The position numbers were made by a program, and so were the translations under genes. Shown piece after piece: positions 10,323 to 21,300 of a stretch of 64,000 nt of DNA; position 1 is the first letter of the stretch; each line of letters opens with the position of its first letter. The DNA is from an uncultured archaeon (GTDB lineage Archaea; Asgardarchaeota; Lokiarchaeia; Sigyniarchaeales; SOKP01), in NCBI GenBank assembly GCA_964632315.1, contig CAZWEM010000009.1, forward strand, positions 49,081 through 113,080. Reading direction: 5' to 3'. The notes beneath the pieces are model-generated. The model made no database searches and had not been told where the DNA came from. It was given only the letters and a program-made list of their open reading frames with translations.

Positions 10323-13300
10323 ATGGTTATAAATATTAAAGGTTATACTTGCCCTTTCTGTAGCAACGATTTAGAATCAAAATATTCTAAATGTTTCAAT
10401 ATATATTGCCAAGGCCAAGAATTTAATATAGGAAATTTAATCAATTATAGATTTAACCTTGAATTAGGTATAGGGAGAATAATAGGGAAATTAGAAATTC
10501 CGACCTCTAAATCTCTTGATGAAGAGGATACTCAGTATATTATTAAATATAAAGTCAGATTTGAGAATAATGTCACTAAGATAATCCATCCTATTGACTT
10601 AATTCATCATGTTTTTCAATTGAATGAGCGAGTAGTCACTCGTAATGGAGTTGGAGTTATCAATTCCAATGATTTTCTACTAGAAAATGGAAAGATTTCA
10701 TATGAAGTCCTTTATCCAAATGGGAAACTCGATCAAGTCTCTGAATCTGATACTTTCTCCATTTATCAAGAACCAGTGAAGAAAATTTTAGAACAAAAGA
10801 AACTTGATCCGCCGAGACAATTCCTAATTAAATATTGGGCGAATCTCTTTCATTCATTTTATACTTCGTATCAAATTAAATGTATAACAAACTCTAGACT
10901 TACTTTAATGCCACATCAAATAAATGTCGCTCACCGATTATCAGAGGAATATTTTCCAAGAGTCATTTTAGCAGATGAGGTTGGGCTTGGAAAGACTATT
11001 GAAGCAGGAATATACGTAAAGGAAATGATGGCCAGGAACTTGGCAGAAAGAGTTTTAATCATTGTGCCAGCAACTTTAGTAAGACAATGGCAATTCGAAA
11101 TGGAAAACAAATTCAACATGGAATTTGTAATCTATGATGGACAAAAAATAAAAGAACTCAAAAAAAATGGGAATATTTATAGTCAAGATAAATTAAGAAA
11201 TCCTTTTTTTTACGATAATTGTATTATATGCTCACTTCAATTTGCCAGAAATCCGAAATATGCAGAACTTTTAGGTCAAGTTTCATGGGATATAATCATA
11301 TTTGATGAGGCACATCATTTAAGGAGATATATTACAAATTTATCCACAGGAAATTATAGAGAAACTCTTAATTATAGTTTAGCGAGAAATTTAAGTGATA
11401 GTTGCCAGAGCTTATTATTATTAACTGCCACCCCACTTCAACTTCATTCATTTGAATTATTTTCTTTAATCGAACTAATAAAGGGGGGTACTTTCGAGAA
11501 TTTTTCTGACTTTGAGCATTTTAGGAAAAATCTACCGTTCATAAATTTACTTGTTTTTAACTTGAATAATATAAGTCATCTTAATAATTTTGAAGTAAAA
11601 AACACCATAAAATTATTAAAAAATTTAGGGTATATCAACAAGCGGGATTCCGATATTAAAATACTTGAGCATCTTAATTCAGATGATTACAAATTTGAAC
11701 TCATTAAAAAGGTTGAAAAGGACCATACATTATCAAAATTTCTAATTCGCAATCGTAAAAAGAATGTATTCTTTGATGAATATTTGAATAAAAGAATTGT
11801 CCAAACTATAATGGTACATCCAAAAAACGAAGAACTTGAAATCTATAATGAAATTCGCCTTTATCTTGCAAAAATTTACAATACCTCCGTGAGTAAAACA
11901 AATGTAGGACTCGGATTTGTTATTACAACCTTGCAAAAATTACTTACTAGCTCTAAAATTGCATTTTTAAAGAGCATTGAGAGACGCCTAGATCAAATTG
12001 AGCGCTCGAAGAGCTTAAGTTCCCAAGTTGATGACATTTTTGATGAAGATCCCGAGTTTTTTGAATCTGAATTAGAAGATGAATATTTAGACTCAGAAAT
12101 TTCTTTCAATTCAAATCGGGAAAAAGAACCATTGTTAAACTTAACCAACCAAGAACGAATCTTAAAGCATTTTTATGAGAAATTAATATCAATTCCATAT
12201 GATTCCAAATTAGATGCTCTTTTAAACTTGATGGAATCAATTTATAGAGATAATCCAAAAGAAAAGATATTAGTTTTTACTCAATTCGTCGATACACTTT
12301 TTTATCTACGAGATCTATTATCCAAACAAGGATATTCTACTTATATTTTTTATGGAGGGATGGATAAAGTAGAGAAACAGCATGCTGTGGAAAAATTTAG
12401 GGCAGACGAGGATTTTTCAATTCTACTATCTACAGAAATAGGAGGAGAGGGTCGCAATTTTCAATTCTGTAGGATTCTTATGAATTATGATCTTCCATGG
12501 AACCCCATGAAGTTAGAACAGAGAATAGGACGTTTAGATAGAATTGGTCAGCAATCGAAAGAAATTTTCATTTATAATTTTTTCTTAGAAGGAACTATTG
12601 AAACAGATATAATATTTGCCTTAGATAAACGCATAAACCTATTCGAAGAATCAATTGGACAACTTGAACCGATCATAGGAAACATCGAAAAAGATATGAA
12701 GGATTTAATATTTGCCTCAGAGAAAGAAAAACGTAGAAAATTAAACGAATTCACGCGTAAGCTTGATATGGAAGTAAAAAGGGCTAAAGAAATTGAAGTT
12801 CAATTGGACGATTTAATGATTGATAAGAAATCATTTCAAGTTGATGATTTAGTCACTTCTAGGGATAGTTGCGAAGAAGTGAAGCTTAGTCATAATGAAC
12901 TTTATTTATTGATAAAATATTTCTTCAACTTGGAAGAAGGAAAATATGGATTCTTTATTCCCGAAAAAGAAAATACAGTGAATAGTGAAGTCACGATTAA
13001 AATCTCGGAGGAATTGCGTAATAATGAACGATTAAGATTGTTTGAGGAATATTCTGGCACATTTGGATTGAATCTTGCGCGTGAAATGGAAGAGATCGAT
13101 TTTTTTGCCTTAGGTCATCCTCTCATTACGAATTTAATTGAATACTGTGAATCTAGGGCTTTCAATGGCTTATATACAATTTTATTTTTGAAGAAAAATG
13201 CACTTCCCTCAAGATTGGTAAATAAGATAAACCAGTCCAATACATTTTATCTCTTTATTTTTAGCATAAAGTTTCAAGGATATATCATTGAAAATCAATA

Positions 13301-13883
13301 CAATGCCATTATTATTGATAAAAATGGTAATGAGATTGAACATTTGGCTGAATTTTGTTTAGATATAGGACAATATGACAAAATTTTTGATTTTACCAAT
13401 TCAACTCCTAAAAATATAGAAGTAGATTCTCAAAAAATTGATACTTTAAGAGATCATGCTAAAAAAATCCTTAAAAGGAAAACCTCCGCATGGAAAAAGG
13501 AAATTAAGCGATTGAACGATAAAATTTTTGAGATTGAAAGATCTAAAAAAGAGAAAATTCACCTAAATAAGAAACGATTGCTTAAATACAAAAAAGAAAT
13601 TCTTTTTATAAAACTAGAGAGAAAAGAACGTCAAAGACCTACGAAACGTCAGATGCGAAATATCTATGATTTGACTGACAAGAAGAAGCAAGAAGAGAAA
13701 TTAGATAATATTAACTCTTTAGAGGAAGAAATTAAGTTCATTAAAAAGGATATTGAAATTGTTGAGAGAAAATTGGATGATTTAGAGTTTCAATTCGAAG
13801 ATGCGAAAAAGGACTTAAAAAAGCAAAATTTGGCGAAATTCTATACGAATATTAGTTCGTTCGCTATTATTAAGGTGCTTTAA
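10323..13883 (+). CDS. SNF2-family (RapA/HepA-like) ATPase with N-terminal Zn-ribbon and C-terminal coiled coil
   Basis: LMPHQ, ILADEVGLGKT, DEAHH, LLTATP, STEIGGEGRNFQ, YDLPWNPMKLEQRIGRLDRIGQ. N-terminal CPFC..C..YC. ATG at 10323 preferred over the track's TTG at 10245. Confidence 0.88.
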   Translation: MVINIKGYTCPFCSNDLESKYSKCFNIYCQGQEFNIGNLINYRFNLELGIGRIIGKLEIPTSKSLDEEDTQYIIKYKVRFENNVTKIIHPIDLIHHVFQLNERVVTRNGVGVINSNDFLLENGKISYEVLYPNGKLDQVSESDTFSIYQEPVKKILEQKKLDPPRQFLIKYWANLFHSFYTSYQIKCITNSRLTLMPHQINVAHRLSEEYFPRVILADEVGLGKTIEAGIYVKEMMARNLAERVLIIVPATLVRQWQFEMENKFNMEFVIYDGQKIKELKKNGNIYSQDKLRNPFFYDNCIICSLQFARNPKYAELLGQVSWDIIIFDEAHHLRRYITNLSTGNYRETLNYSLARNLSDSCQSLLLLTATPLQLHSFELFSLIELIKGGTFENFSDFEHFRKNLPFINLLVFNLNNISHLNNFEVKNTIKLLKNLGYINKRDSDIKILEHLNSDDYKFELIKKVEKDHTLSKFLIRNRKKNVFFDEYLNKRIVQTIMVHPKNEELEIYNEIRLYLAKIYNTSVSKTNVGLGFVITTLQKLLTSSKIAFLKSIERRLDQIERSKSLSSQVDDIFDEDPEFFESELEDEYLDSEISFNSNREKEPLLNLTNQERILKHFYEKLISIPYDSKLDALLNLMESIYRDNPKEKILVFTQFVDTLFYLRDLLSKQGYSTYIFYGGMDKVEKQHAVEKFRADEDFSILLSTEIGGEGRNFQFCRILMNYDLPWNPMKLEQRIGRLDRIGQQSKEIFIYNFFLEGTIETDIIFALDKRINLFEESIGQLEPIIGNIEKDMKDLIFASEKEKRRKLNEFTRKLDMEVKRAKEIEVQLDDLMIDKKSFQVDDLVTSRDSCEEVKLSHNELYLLIKYFFNLEEGKYGFFIPEKENTVNSEVTIKISEELRNNERLRLFEEYSGTFGLNLAREMEEIDFFALGHPLITNLIEYCESRAFNGLYTILFLKKNALPSRLVNKINQSNTFYLFIFSIKFQGYIIENQYNAIIIDKNGNEIEHLAEFCLDIGQYDKIFDFTNSTPKNIEVDSQKIDTLRDHAKKILKRKTSAWKKEIKRLNDKIFEIERSKKEKIHLNKKRLLKYKKEILFIKLERKERQRPTKRQMRNIYDLTDKKKQEEKLDNINSLEEEIKFIKKDIEIVERKLDDLEFQFEDAKKDLKKQNLAKFYTNISSFAIIKVL

Positions 13884-13918
13884 TTATTTCGAGTAAATAT
13901 TTCTTTATTTTTTTCACC

Positions 13919-14098
13919 TTATAACCAAGTATATTCGCTTTTATCAAGTTTCTCATGGAATTTTTTTTCTTCTTTTTTCAATTGGCTTAGTTTGTTGTTT
14001 CTTGAATATGGCTTGAATTCTTTTTGATGATGTTTCCCTTCTTTATGATGTTTATTATTTTTAAGATGATTTACTCGGTGCTCGTATTTTTCACTCAT
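13919..14098 (-). CDS. Small basic His/Lys-rich hypothetical protein
   Basis: 59-aa ORF filling the intergenic space. Start at ATG 14098 is uncertain. Confidence 0.5.
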   Translation of the reverse strand: MSEKYEHRVNHLKNNKHHKEGKHHQKEFKPYSRNNKLSQLKKEEKKFHEKLDKSEYTWL

Positions 14099-14282
14099 AT
14101 TGATCATTAATGTTACAATAAATAGTATATTTATAGGTCTCTATAATCATTTTTTATGCTTTTCTTTATAAGTACCAAGAAATTCGAGAGTAATTCCTAA
14201 TTTGACTAAATAGTCCAAGAAGATTTATATTTTGAATCATCAAATATATTGATCAATTAATTTAATAGAGGTACGAAAAAAA

Positions 14283-16043
14283 ATGGAACCACCTAAGTGG
14301 CATATTAGTGATGATCGTCCTTGGTTTAATTCTGGTTTATGGCAAGAAGGCGTGCCAAAACACCCTACATTTCCTCTAATTTCATTAGGAGACTGGTTTG
14401 ATGAAAAATCTGAAGAATTTGGGAAAAATAAATATGCTTGGTTTTCGAAAACATTCATGAACTACAGAGTTTTGAGGAAGTATGTCGATTCTTTAGCAAC
14501 TTCATTATCACGTCAAGGAATTCAAAAAGGAGATGTAATTGCAATATTGCTTCCCAATAGTTTTCAATTTACAATTGGATACTTTGCTACTGTGAAATTA
14601 GGAGCAATAGTTGTTCCAATTAATCCTACGTACAAGCCAATAGAAATTTTAAGTGTGCTGCAAAAAGTGAAAGCTAAGGCTCTAATTTGCATGGATGCGA
14701 TGTATGGATTAATTAAACCCATTAAAGAAAAGCATAACTTCGAATTTGTAATCTCCACAAATATTGTGGATTTAGCGGCAATCCCCCCTGCAATCAAGGA
14801 ACAACTTATCGCAGAGGGAACAATTCCAACTGGAGAAGTACCTGGCGCAATTAATTTTCTCGATGCTTGCCAAAAACGAGGGGAAGTGGATATTCCTGAA
14901 GTCGAGATTGATCCTCTCAATGATCCGGCTGTTTATTTAATGACTGGGGGCACAACAGGTGTTCCTAAACCGGCAATTATTACACATTATAATTGCGTGT
15001 CAAATGCTAAGCAAAACTTCATGTGGATGCCTGATGCAACTCACCCTATGGCTTGTGTTGGGATATTACCAATGTTTCACGCTTTTGGAATGACAATTGT
15101 TCAAAATGTAGTAATTGAAGGAGGAGACTATAGCATCCTATTCCCAAGGCCTCCGTCTTCTATGAAGGAAGTAGTTGATACTATCTTAGAAGTAGGACCT
15201 GAAGGGGGAGTGATCCTTCCCGGAGTGGAAAACCTCTTCATTGGACTTACTAGATATTTAGAAGCTAATCCTAAGCCCGAACTTAAAAATATGTTTAGGC
15301 TCTGCGTGAGTGGAGCAGGAGCGCTTCATAAACCAGTAAAAGACAAATTTGAAGCAGTAAGTGGAGGCAGGCTTGTGGAAGCTTATGGCTTAACTGAATG
15401 CACTACTGCTGTAAGTGCTGGACCATTTAATGGCATGGATGAACCGGGTAAAATAGGATTACCATATCCAGGTGTTGACTGGACTATTTTTGATCAGGAA
15501 GACTTTTCTAAGGGTCCCATAAAAGGATTTGGCATCGAAAATACAGGTGAGATTTGTGTCTGTGGACCTCAGGTGATGAAAGGATATTTAAGCAACCCAG
15601 AAGCAACAGAAAATACTCTGAAAGAATGGGATGGAAGATTATGGTGTCTTACGGGAGATATTGGATTTATGGACAAAACTGGTCAGATCACTATAAGGGA
15701 TCGGAAAAAACAAATGATAAAATATAAGGGATACTCTGTTTTCCCTAAGGAAGTCGAAGAGTTAGTAGGGAATCATCCAGATGTAATTGAAGTAGCAGTA
15801 GCAGGTCTTCCAGATGAAGAAACAGGGGAGATGGTTAAAGCATGGATTCAATTGAAAGAAGGTACAAAAACAAATTTAAATGATCTTATTAATTGGTGTA
15901 AAGATAACATTACGCATTATAAATGTCCTAAAACAATAGAAATAATTGAAGAAATACCCAAATCTATGGTTGGAAAAGTACAACGGCGAGAGTTACAAAT
16001 TAATGATCCTATTTGGAAAGCCAAATATGAAGAATCTAAATAA
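14283..16043 (+). CDS. Long-chain acyl-CoA synthetase (AMP-binding family)
   Basis: MTGGTTGVPK P-loop, YGLTE, TGDIG, DRKKQMI, PKSMVGKV. GAGGT SD-like site upstream. Confidence 0.9.
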   Translation: MEPPKWHISDDRPWFNSGLWQEGVPKHPTFPLISLGDWFDEKSEEFGKNKYAWFSKTFMNYRVLRKYVDSLATSLSRQGIQKGDVIAILLPNSFQFTIGYFATVKLGAIVVPINPTYKPIEILSVLQKVKAKALICMDAMYGLIKPIKEKHNFEFVISTNIVDLAAIPPAIKEQLIAEGTIPTGEVPGAINFLDACQKRGEVDIPEVEIDPLNDPAVYLMTGGTTGVPKPAIITHYNCVSNAKQNFMWMPDATHPMACVGILPMFHAFGMTIVQNVVIEGGDYSILFPRPPSSMKEVVDTILEVGPEGGVILPGVENLFIGLTRYLEANPKPELKNMFRLCVSGAGALHKPVKDKFEAVSGGRLVEAYGLTECTTAVSAGPFNGMDEPGKIGLPYPGVDWTIFDQEDFSKGPIKGFGIENTGEICVCGPQVMKGYLSNPEATENTLKEWDGRLWCLTGDIGFMDKTGQITIRDRKKQMIKYKGYSVFPKEVEELVGNHPDVIEVAVAGLPDEETGEMVKAWIQLKEGTKTNLNDLINWCKDNITHYKCPKTIEIIEEIPKSMVGKVQRRELQINDPIWKAKYEESK

Positions 16044-16125
16044 ACTTATTTCTAAATTTTTTTTTGACAAACAATTTTTTCGTACATTCGCTACTTTTAT
16101 ATATACTATTTTTTACTGAAGATCG

Positions 16126-16770
16126 ATGAATATGGCATCAGATTCGAATAATGCAGAGAATAATAATGCTAATTATGTAAAAAAATGGAAAAGACTTTGG
16201 ATTGGCATAATTGTTTCTTATGGAGCTTTAAGCATTTTCAGCTTGCTCTTTTTCCCCGAATTCTTTCTTCCAAATTTAACTTTTGTTGTACTGTTTGGTT
16301 TAATAATCTTAATTACATTTTTTTGGCAGAGAAGTATATCTAAAGAGAAGTATCGAAAAAAAGGAACGACTTTAAAATCGGTCTATTGGAAGAGATATTG
16401 GATTGCGTTATTTATTTCATATGTTGGTTCATCTATCGTTCTTATCATTTTCCTTAAAGAAGAATTCATCAGATTTTTAATTTTATCAATTATCTTTGGA
16501 GTAGCTCTTATAGGTGCTTATTATATTCGCGTAAGACCTTCCTTAATGGTAAATAAAATACTATACACTTCCTTGGGAGTTACGTTAATTGGATTTGGAT
16601 TATGTTTACTTTATGGGCTTATAGGGATTAGTAGATTTTTGATAAGTCTTGGATCGTGGTATATATATCTTAATTTAATTGATTTTGCCATTCTCATGAT
16701 AATTGGTGGTATTTTGGGGTTCCATATTGGAAAAAGACGCGATTTTCGGCTTCCTTATAGTCTCCACTAA
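16126..16770 (+). CDS. Hypothetical multi-pass membrane protein
   Basis: About six hydrophobic segments. An internal two-fold repeat is suggested by KKWKRLWIGIIVSY vs VYWKRYWIALFISY. Confidence 0.7.
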   Translation: MNMASDSNNAENNNANYVKKWKRLWIGIIVSYGALSIFSLLFFPEFFLPNLTFVVLFGLIILITFFWQRSISKEKYRKKGTTLKSVYWKRYWIALFISYVGSSIVLIIFLKEEFIRFLILSIIFGVALIGAYYIRVRPSLMVNKILYTSLGVTLIGFGLCLLYGLIGISRFLISLGSWYIYLNLIDFAILMIIGGILGFHIGKRRDFRLPYSLH

Positions 16771-16861
16771 ATCGGGTTTATATTCTATATCAAGAAAAAT
16801 TAATAAATATAATAAATATGTTATCAGATATAGCACCATAAAATAAAAGGGGAACTAATTT

Positions 16862-17239
16862 ATGGAATATATCATCATAGAGAATGAAAAAATAGGCGCA
16901 ATTAAAGCAAAGTTATTAATAGATAAAAATCCTAAGACCTGTAAGGCAATTTGGGAAAAATTACCCCTTAATTTGAATCTTTCAAGATGGGGAGAAGAAC
17001 TCTACGGAGAGATACCCGTTGCTTTAGGTAGGGAAAAATCTCAAGTTGATTGTGAGGTTGGTGATGTGGGATATTGGCCAGATGGCAATGGATTTTGCAT
17101 TTTTTTTGGTCCTACACCTGCAAGTAAAGACGATAAGCCAAAAGCAGCTTCACCTGTTAATATTTTTGCTAAAATTGAAGGAGATGCTAAGATTTTTGCT
17201 CAATTTTCTTCTTTTAATGGTTTAGTTAAAAAAGGTTAA
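16862..17239 (+). CDS. Cyclophilin-like fold protein (DUF369/TM1367-like)
   Basis: PKT..AIWEKLP, RWGEELY, GDVGYWPDGNGFCIFFGPTPAS, AASPVN. Confidence 0.85.
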   Translation: MEYIIIENEKIGAIKAKLLIDKNPKTCKAIWEKLPLNLNLSRWGEELYGEIPVALGREKSQVDCEVGDVGYWPDGNGFCIFFGPTPASKDDKPKAASPVNIFAKIEGDAKIFAQFSSFNGLVKKG

Positions 17240-17356
17240 AAAAACTCAAAAGCTAAAAGTACTTTCTTTTTGAATTTTATAATTCATAAAAAGCACTTTC
17301 TTAATATCAGCTACTTTGAATAAACTAAATAAATTACATATCACATACAGAATAAA

Positions 17357-18276
17357 ATGAATTTTTCAAAAAGGCTTGTTCTTTATTTTACTTAGCTATT
17401 GGGATTATATGGCTATTTTGGATACCTACGATAGTGATCTCCATTTCTAATAATTATTTTCTACCAAGTATCTTGACTTTTAATCAATTGATTTCTGAAG
17501 GGTTTGTTGATGATATACATCCAATAATATTTATTCTAAATCAAATCTGAGTGTATGCTCCGATAATTGCTGCCTTTCTATTACTCAATTTTACTGAAAA
17601 AAGGGATGGGATAAAAGATTTACTTAAAAGGATGGGAAAAGTTAAAGTCCATATTAAATGGTATGGAATAATAGTGGTTCTACCTGTATTAATTTTCCTT
17701 CTTGGAGCTCTCTTATCATTAGTGGATTTAACTAACCTATTTAACCCTGGAATTTCAGCTATCTTCTTACTTGTAATGTTTCTAAATACAACTCTAACTA
17801 GTGGTTTAGAGGAGCCTGGATGGAGAGGATACGCTTTACCCGAACTTCAAAAGGGGTATAATGCATATAACTCTAGTTTGATTCTTGGAACTTTTTGGGC
17901 AATATGGCATTTTCCTTACCTAATTTACCTTTATCTCTTCCAATTTGATTATGGGATATATTTAAGTATTTTATCACTGGTAGGATTCACGGCAAGCACG
18001 ATGGGTATTTCAATAATATACACCTGGATTTACAATAACACTCAAAATGTTTTCTTGGTGATATTATTCCACGGTTTAACGAATTTCATACCTCAGGTGA
18101 TGTTAGGAGGTGTTACTAGCAGTGCAGGAGGAGTATTTGCTGCTTTGGTGACGTGGGCTATAGCTATTATTTTAACTAAAAAATATGGTCAAGAAACTTT
18201 AACTGGGCTAACAGAAGACGAAATAAGAAGAAAAGAAGAGAAAAAGCGATTAAAAGCGGAAAAAAAAGCAAACTAA
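17357..18276 (+). pseudogene. Disrupted CPBP/Abi (CAAX-protease-like) intramembrane metalloprotease
   Basis: EEPGWRG, WAIWH and LFHGLTN motifs in the 3' part. ATG 17357 reads MNFSKRLVLYF, then shifts frame near 17390 into LAIGIIWLFWIP...LNQI, then meets an in-frame TGA at 17548-17550 before VYAP. Confidence 0.75.
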
Positions 18277-18320
18277 ATTTTTTTATTGTTTTTTATGTAA
18301 GTAGGATTTTACTATCTTTT

Positions 18321-21300
18321 TCAATCTAAATAGAGAGAGTATCTCTGACTTTGTGGAATAATCAACTCATATGCGATAAGAGATTCTATTGCAATGATCA
18401 AGCTGTCTTCATCTACATTTTGCAAAAGAGAAGTGAATAAATCATTTAAATAGAATTGCTTATTGTACTTTGATTGTGATTCAAGAACATTCAAGACTCG
18501 TAGCTCTAAATTCGATAAATCTCCCGAAAGTTTTAATGAATGATATTTTTCATTTTTATTAAGAGTGAACGATCCTTTATAATAAAATGCGAGGTGGCGA
18601 TCAATTACTTCTTCGAATGGTTTCTTTAAAGCCTTTATATTTCCAATAAATCCTATGATGAGATCCTCACATTCTGAATACAGATCCCTTGCGAGGTGTT
18701 CAATTTCTTGTCTTAATTGTTCAGAACTCTTTTCTCTGAGAAGTAAGATTAACCGAATTTGCTCATGATCGCAAATCAAGGAATGGAAAAAGTTAAAGTC
18801 TAATTCTTTTAATTCATTACCAGTTTCTATCAACTGATCTTTAGATTCTAATTTCACACCCTCCTTAGTATATTGTTTTCCTAAAATAGTAATTGCTTGA
18901 ATAAAACCTGAAAATCCTGTGATGTAATCCTCATCCAAAATTGAAAAGGTTCTACTGTATAGGGTCATTCCACTTATTTTACTACTGATAATAAGTGCTT
19001 CAATATTTCTTATATCTTTATATCCTTGAGTCTTCTCTGCGATTAATTGCCGTTTTCTCCTTTTCCTTGGAAGAATGACATAAGATCTCACACTTAAAGT
19101 TCCTAGAATCCCAACAATTGCGATAAGACCTATAACTGTTATTAATAAAATATAATTCGGAGTCGGTTTTTCAGTAATTATAATTAAAAAGGAATCTTCA
19201 GTAGTTTTGTAAATGTTTTGTTTTGGTGTAATAACTAAATTGAAGCGATGAGTACCTATCTCTGTTTGCGAACCAAGATCCAGCTTATACGTACCAGAAT
19301 CGATATATTCAAAGTAGTATGTACCAAATTCCCAATAACAATATACAGTGGCATTCTCTATAGGAATATTAGAATTTATTTCTGTAAGATTAATCAAAAT
19401 GGATATTTTATCCCCTGATTGTACGTTTAAAGAGTCTGTAAAGTCAATTCTTTGTACATGTATTGGGATTTGATTTACTTGGATTTGAAACGAAAATGTA
19501 GTAGTAGTATAATTAGTAAGTTCAAATTTGACATAAACATAGTTAATTCCTAAAGAAAAAGTATTAGTAAGGATGCTAATACTTTCATTATACCAATAAT
19601 AATCTCTCTCTGGAAGAATAAATTCCTGAGTATTAACAATAAATTTTGCAGTAGCACCAGACAAATAAATGGCTTCTTTTTCAGCTAATCCTCTACAAGA
19701 TAACGTAATCAAATCATTAAAGTACTTATTTTCTATTAAATCATTCTCTTGAATATTATTGCCATCGAAATTTACCTCTAAAACTACATTTTGGGTACGA
19801 ATATAAAACTGGAATGAGAAAATTATAGTAGAGTAATTAACATGTTCAAATTTGATATAAGCATAATTGATTCCTACAATGAAAAAGTTTGGAGCTATGT
19901 TGAATGTTCTATTATACCAGTAGTTGGATGTTTCTGAGATATTTAACTCATTAGTTCCAATAGTAAATTTAACTATTCCTCCCGATAGATAAATAGCCTC
20001 ATCTTCAGCAAATGCTCGACAAGATATAGAAATAGATTCATCGTAGAATGCTTCTAACAAATAGTTCTCTGCAATATTTTGATCATCAACTTTCACATCT
20101 AATAGTATGTCTTGAGAACGGACGAATATCTGAAATGAAAATGTAGTCGTAGAATAATTAGAAAGCTCAAATTTAACATAAGCATAATTTATCCCGAGAG
20201 AGAAATTATCAGAAGAAATTCTGATCGACGTATTATACCAGTAAATAGGATCTTCTACCAAACTAAATTCATTTCCCTCTGTTATGAATTTAACATTACC
20301 ACCAGTCAGATAAATCATTTCATCTTCAGCAAACGCTCTACATGACAAGGAAATTAATTCATTGGAATATACTTCTTGTAAATAATTCTCAGGAATAGAG
20401 ACATCATTAATTTTAACATCCATAATTATATTTTGAGAACGGACATAAATCTGAAATGAAAATGTAGTTGTAGAATAATTAGAAAGTTCAAATTTAACAT
20501 AAACATTATTAATTCCGAGCGAGAAATTATCAGAAGAAATTCTGATTGATATATTATACCAATAATTAGATTCTTCTACTAAATCAAATTCATCTCCCTC
20601 CGTTATGAATTTAACACTACCACCAGTCAGATAAATCATTTCATCTTCAGCAAACGCTCTACAAGATATGGAGATTAATTGGTTTGTATATACTTCTTGT
20701 AAATAATTCTCAGGAATAGATACGTCATTAATTTTAACATCTAAAAAAATTTCTTGAGCTCGAATAAAAAATTGAAATGAAAAGATAGAAGTTGTATAAT
20801 TTTGTTTTTCATATCTTAGAAAGATAGAATTGAGACCGGAACTGAAATTTTCCCCGTTTATATTGAATTTTAGACTAAAAAATGTCGGTTGTGTTTCGAC
20901 TAAAATATTTTGATAGTTATCACTTAAAATAGTTAAAACTCCTCCTGATAAATAAGCACCTTCCGGTTCAGCGAAGATCCTAGCTGTTAAATTTATATTT
21001 TCTTTAAAAAATAACTCAACAAGACTATTTTGAGTTATATCAATACTATTAATACTAACTGACATGTTAGTCTCTTGCTCATTGATAACCGTTGTAATAC
21101 TCACTAACGCATCCTCATACCCGGGCTTAGTTATTCTGATTAGACTATTGTATACATCAATGTTTAAACCGGTTGTGTAATATGTGATTTTGAATCCATC
21201 TGATACATCATTAATTTCATAGTAACCTTCCCACGAGACCGTACATGATCCCCCACTAATTAGTTCACCACTGCTTGTATCTGTATAATTTACCTCTACT

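Noticed and set aside
17548-17550. In-frame TGA in the CPBP gene as a second selenocysteine codon
   Set aside because: It is not in a Cys/redox motif, a separate frameshift lies upstream, and no AUGA/GA hairpin is visible after 18276. A nonsense mutation is the simpler explanation.
19470-21080. CRISPR or other non-coding repeat array
   Set aside because: The repeats are 321-nt in-frame coding units without spacers, and no cas genes are present.
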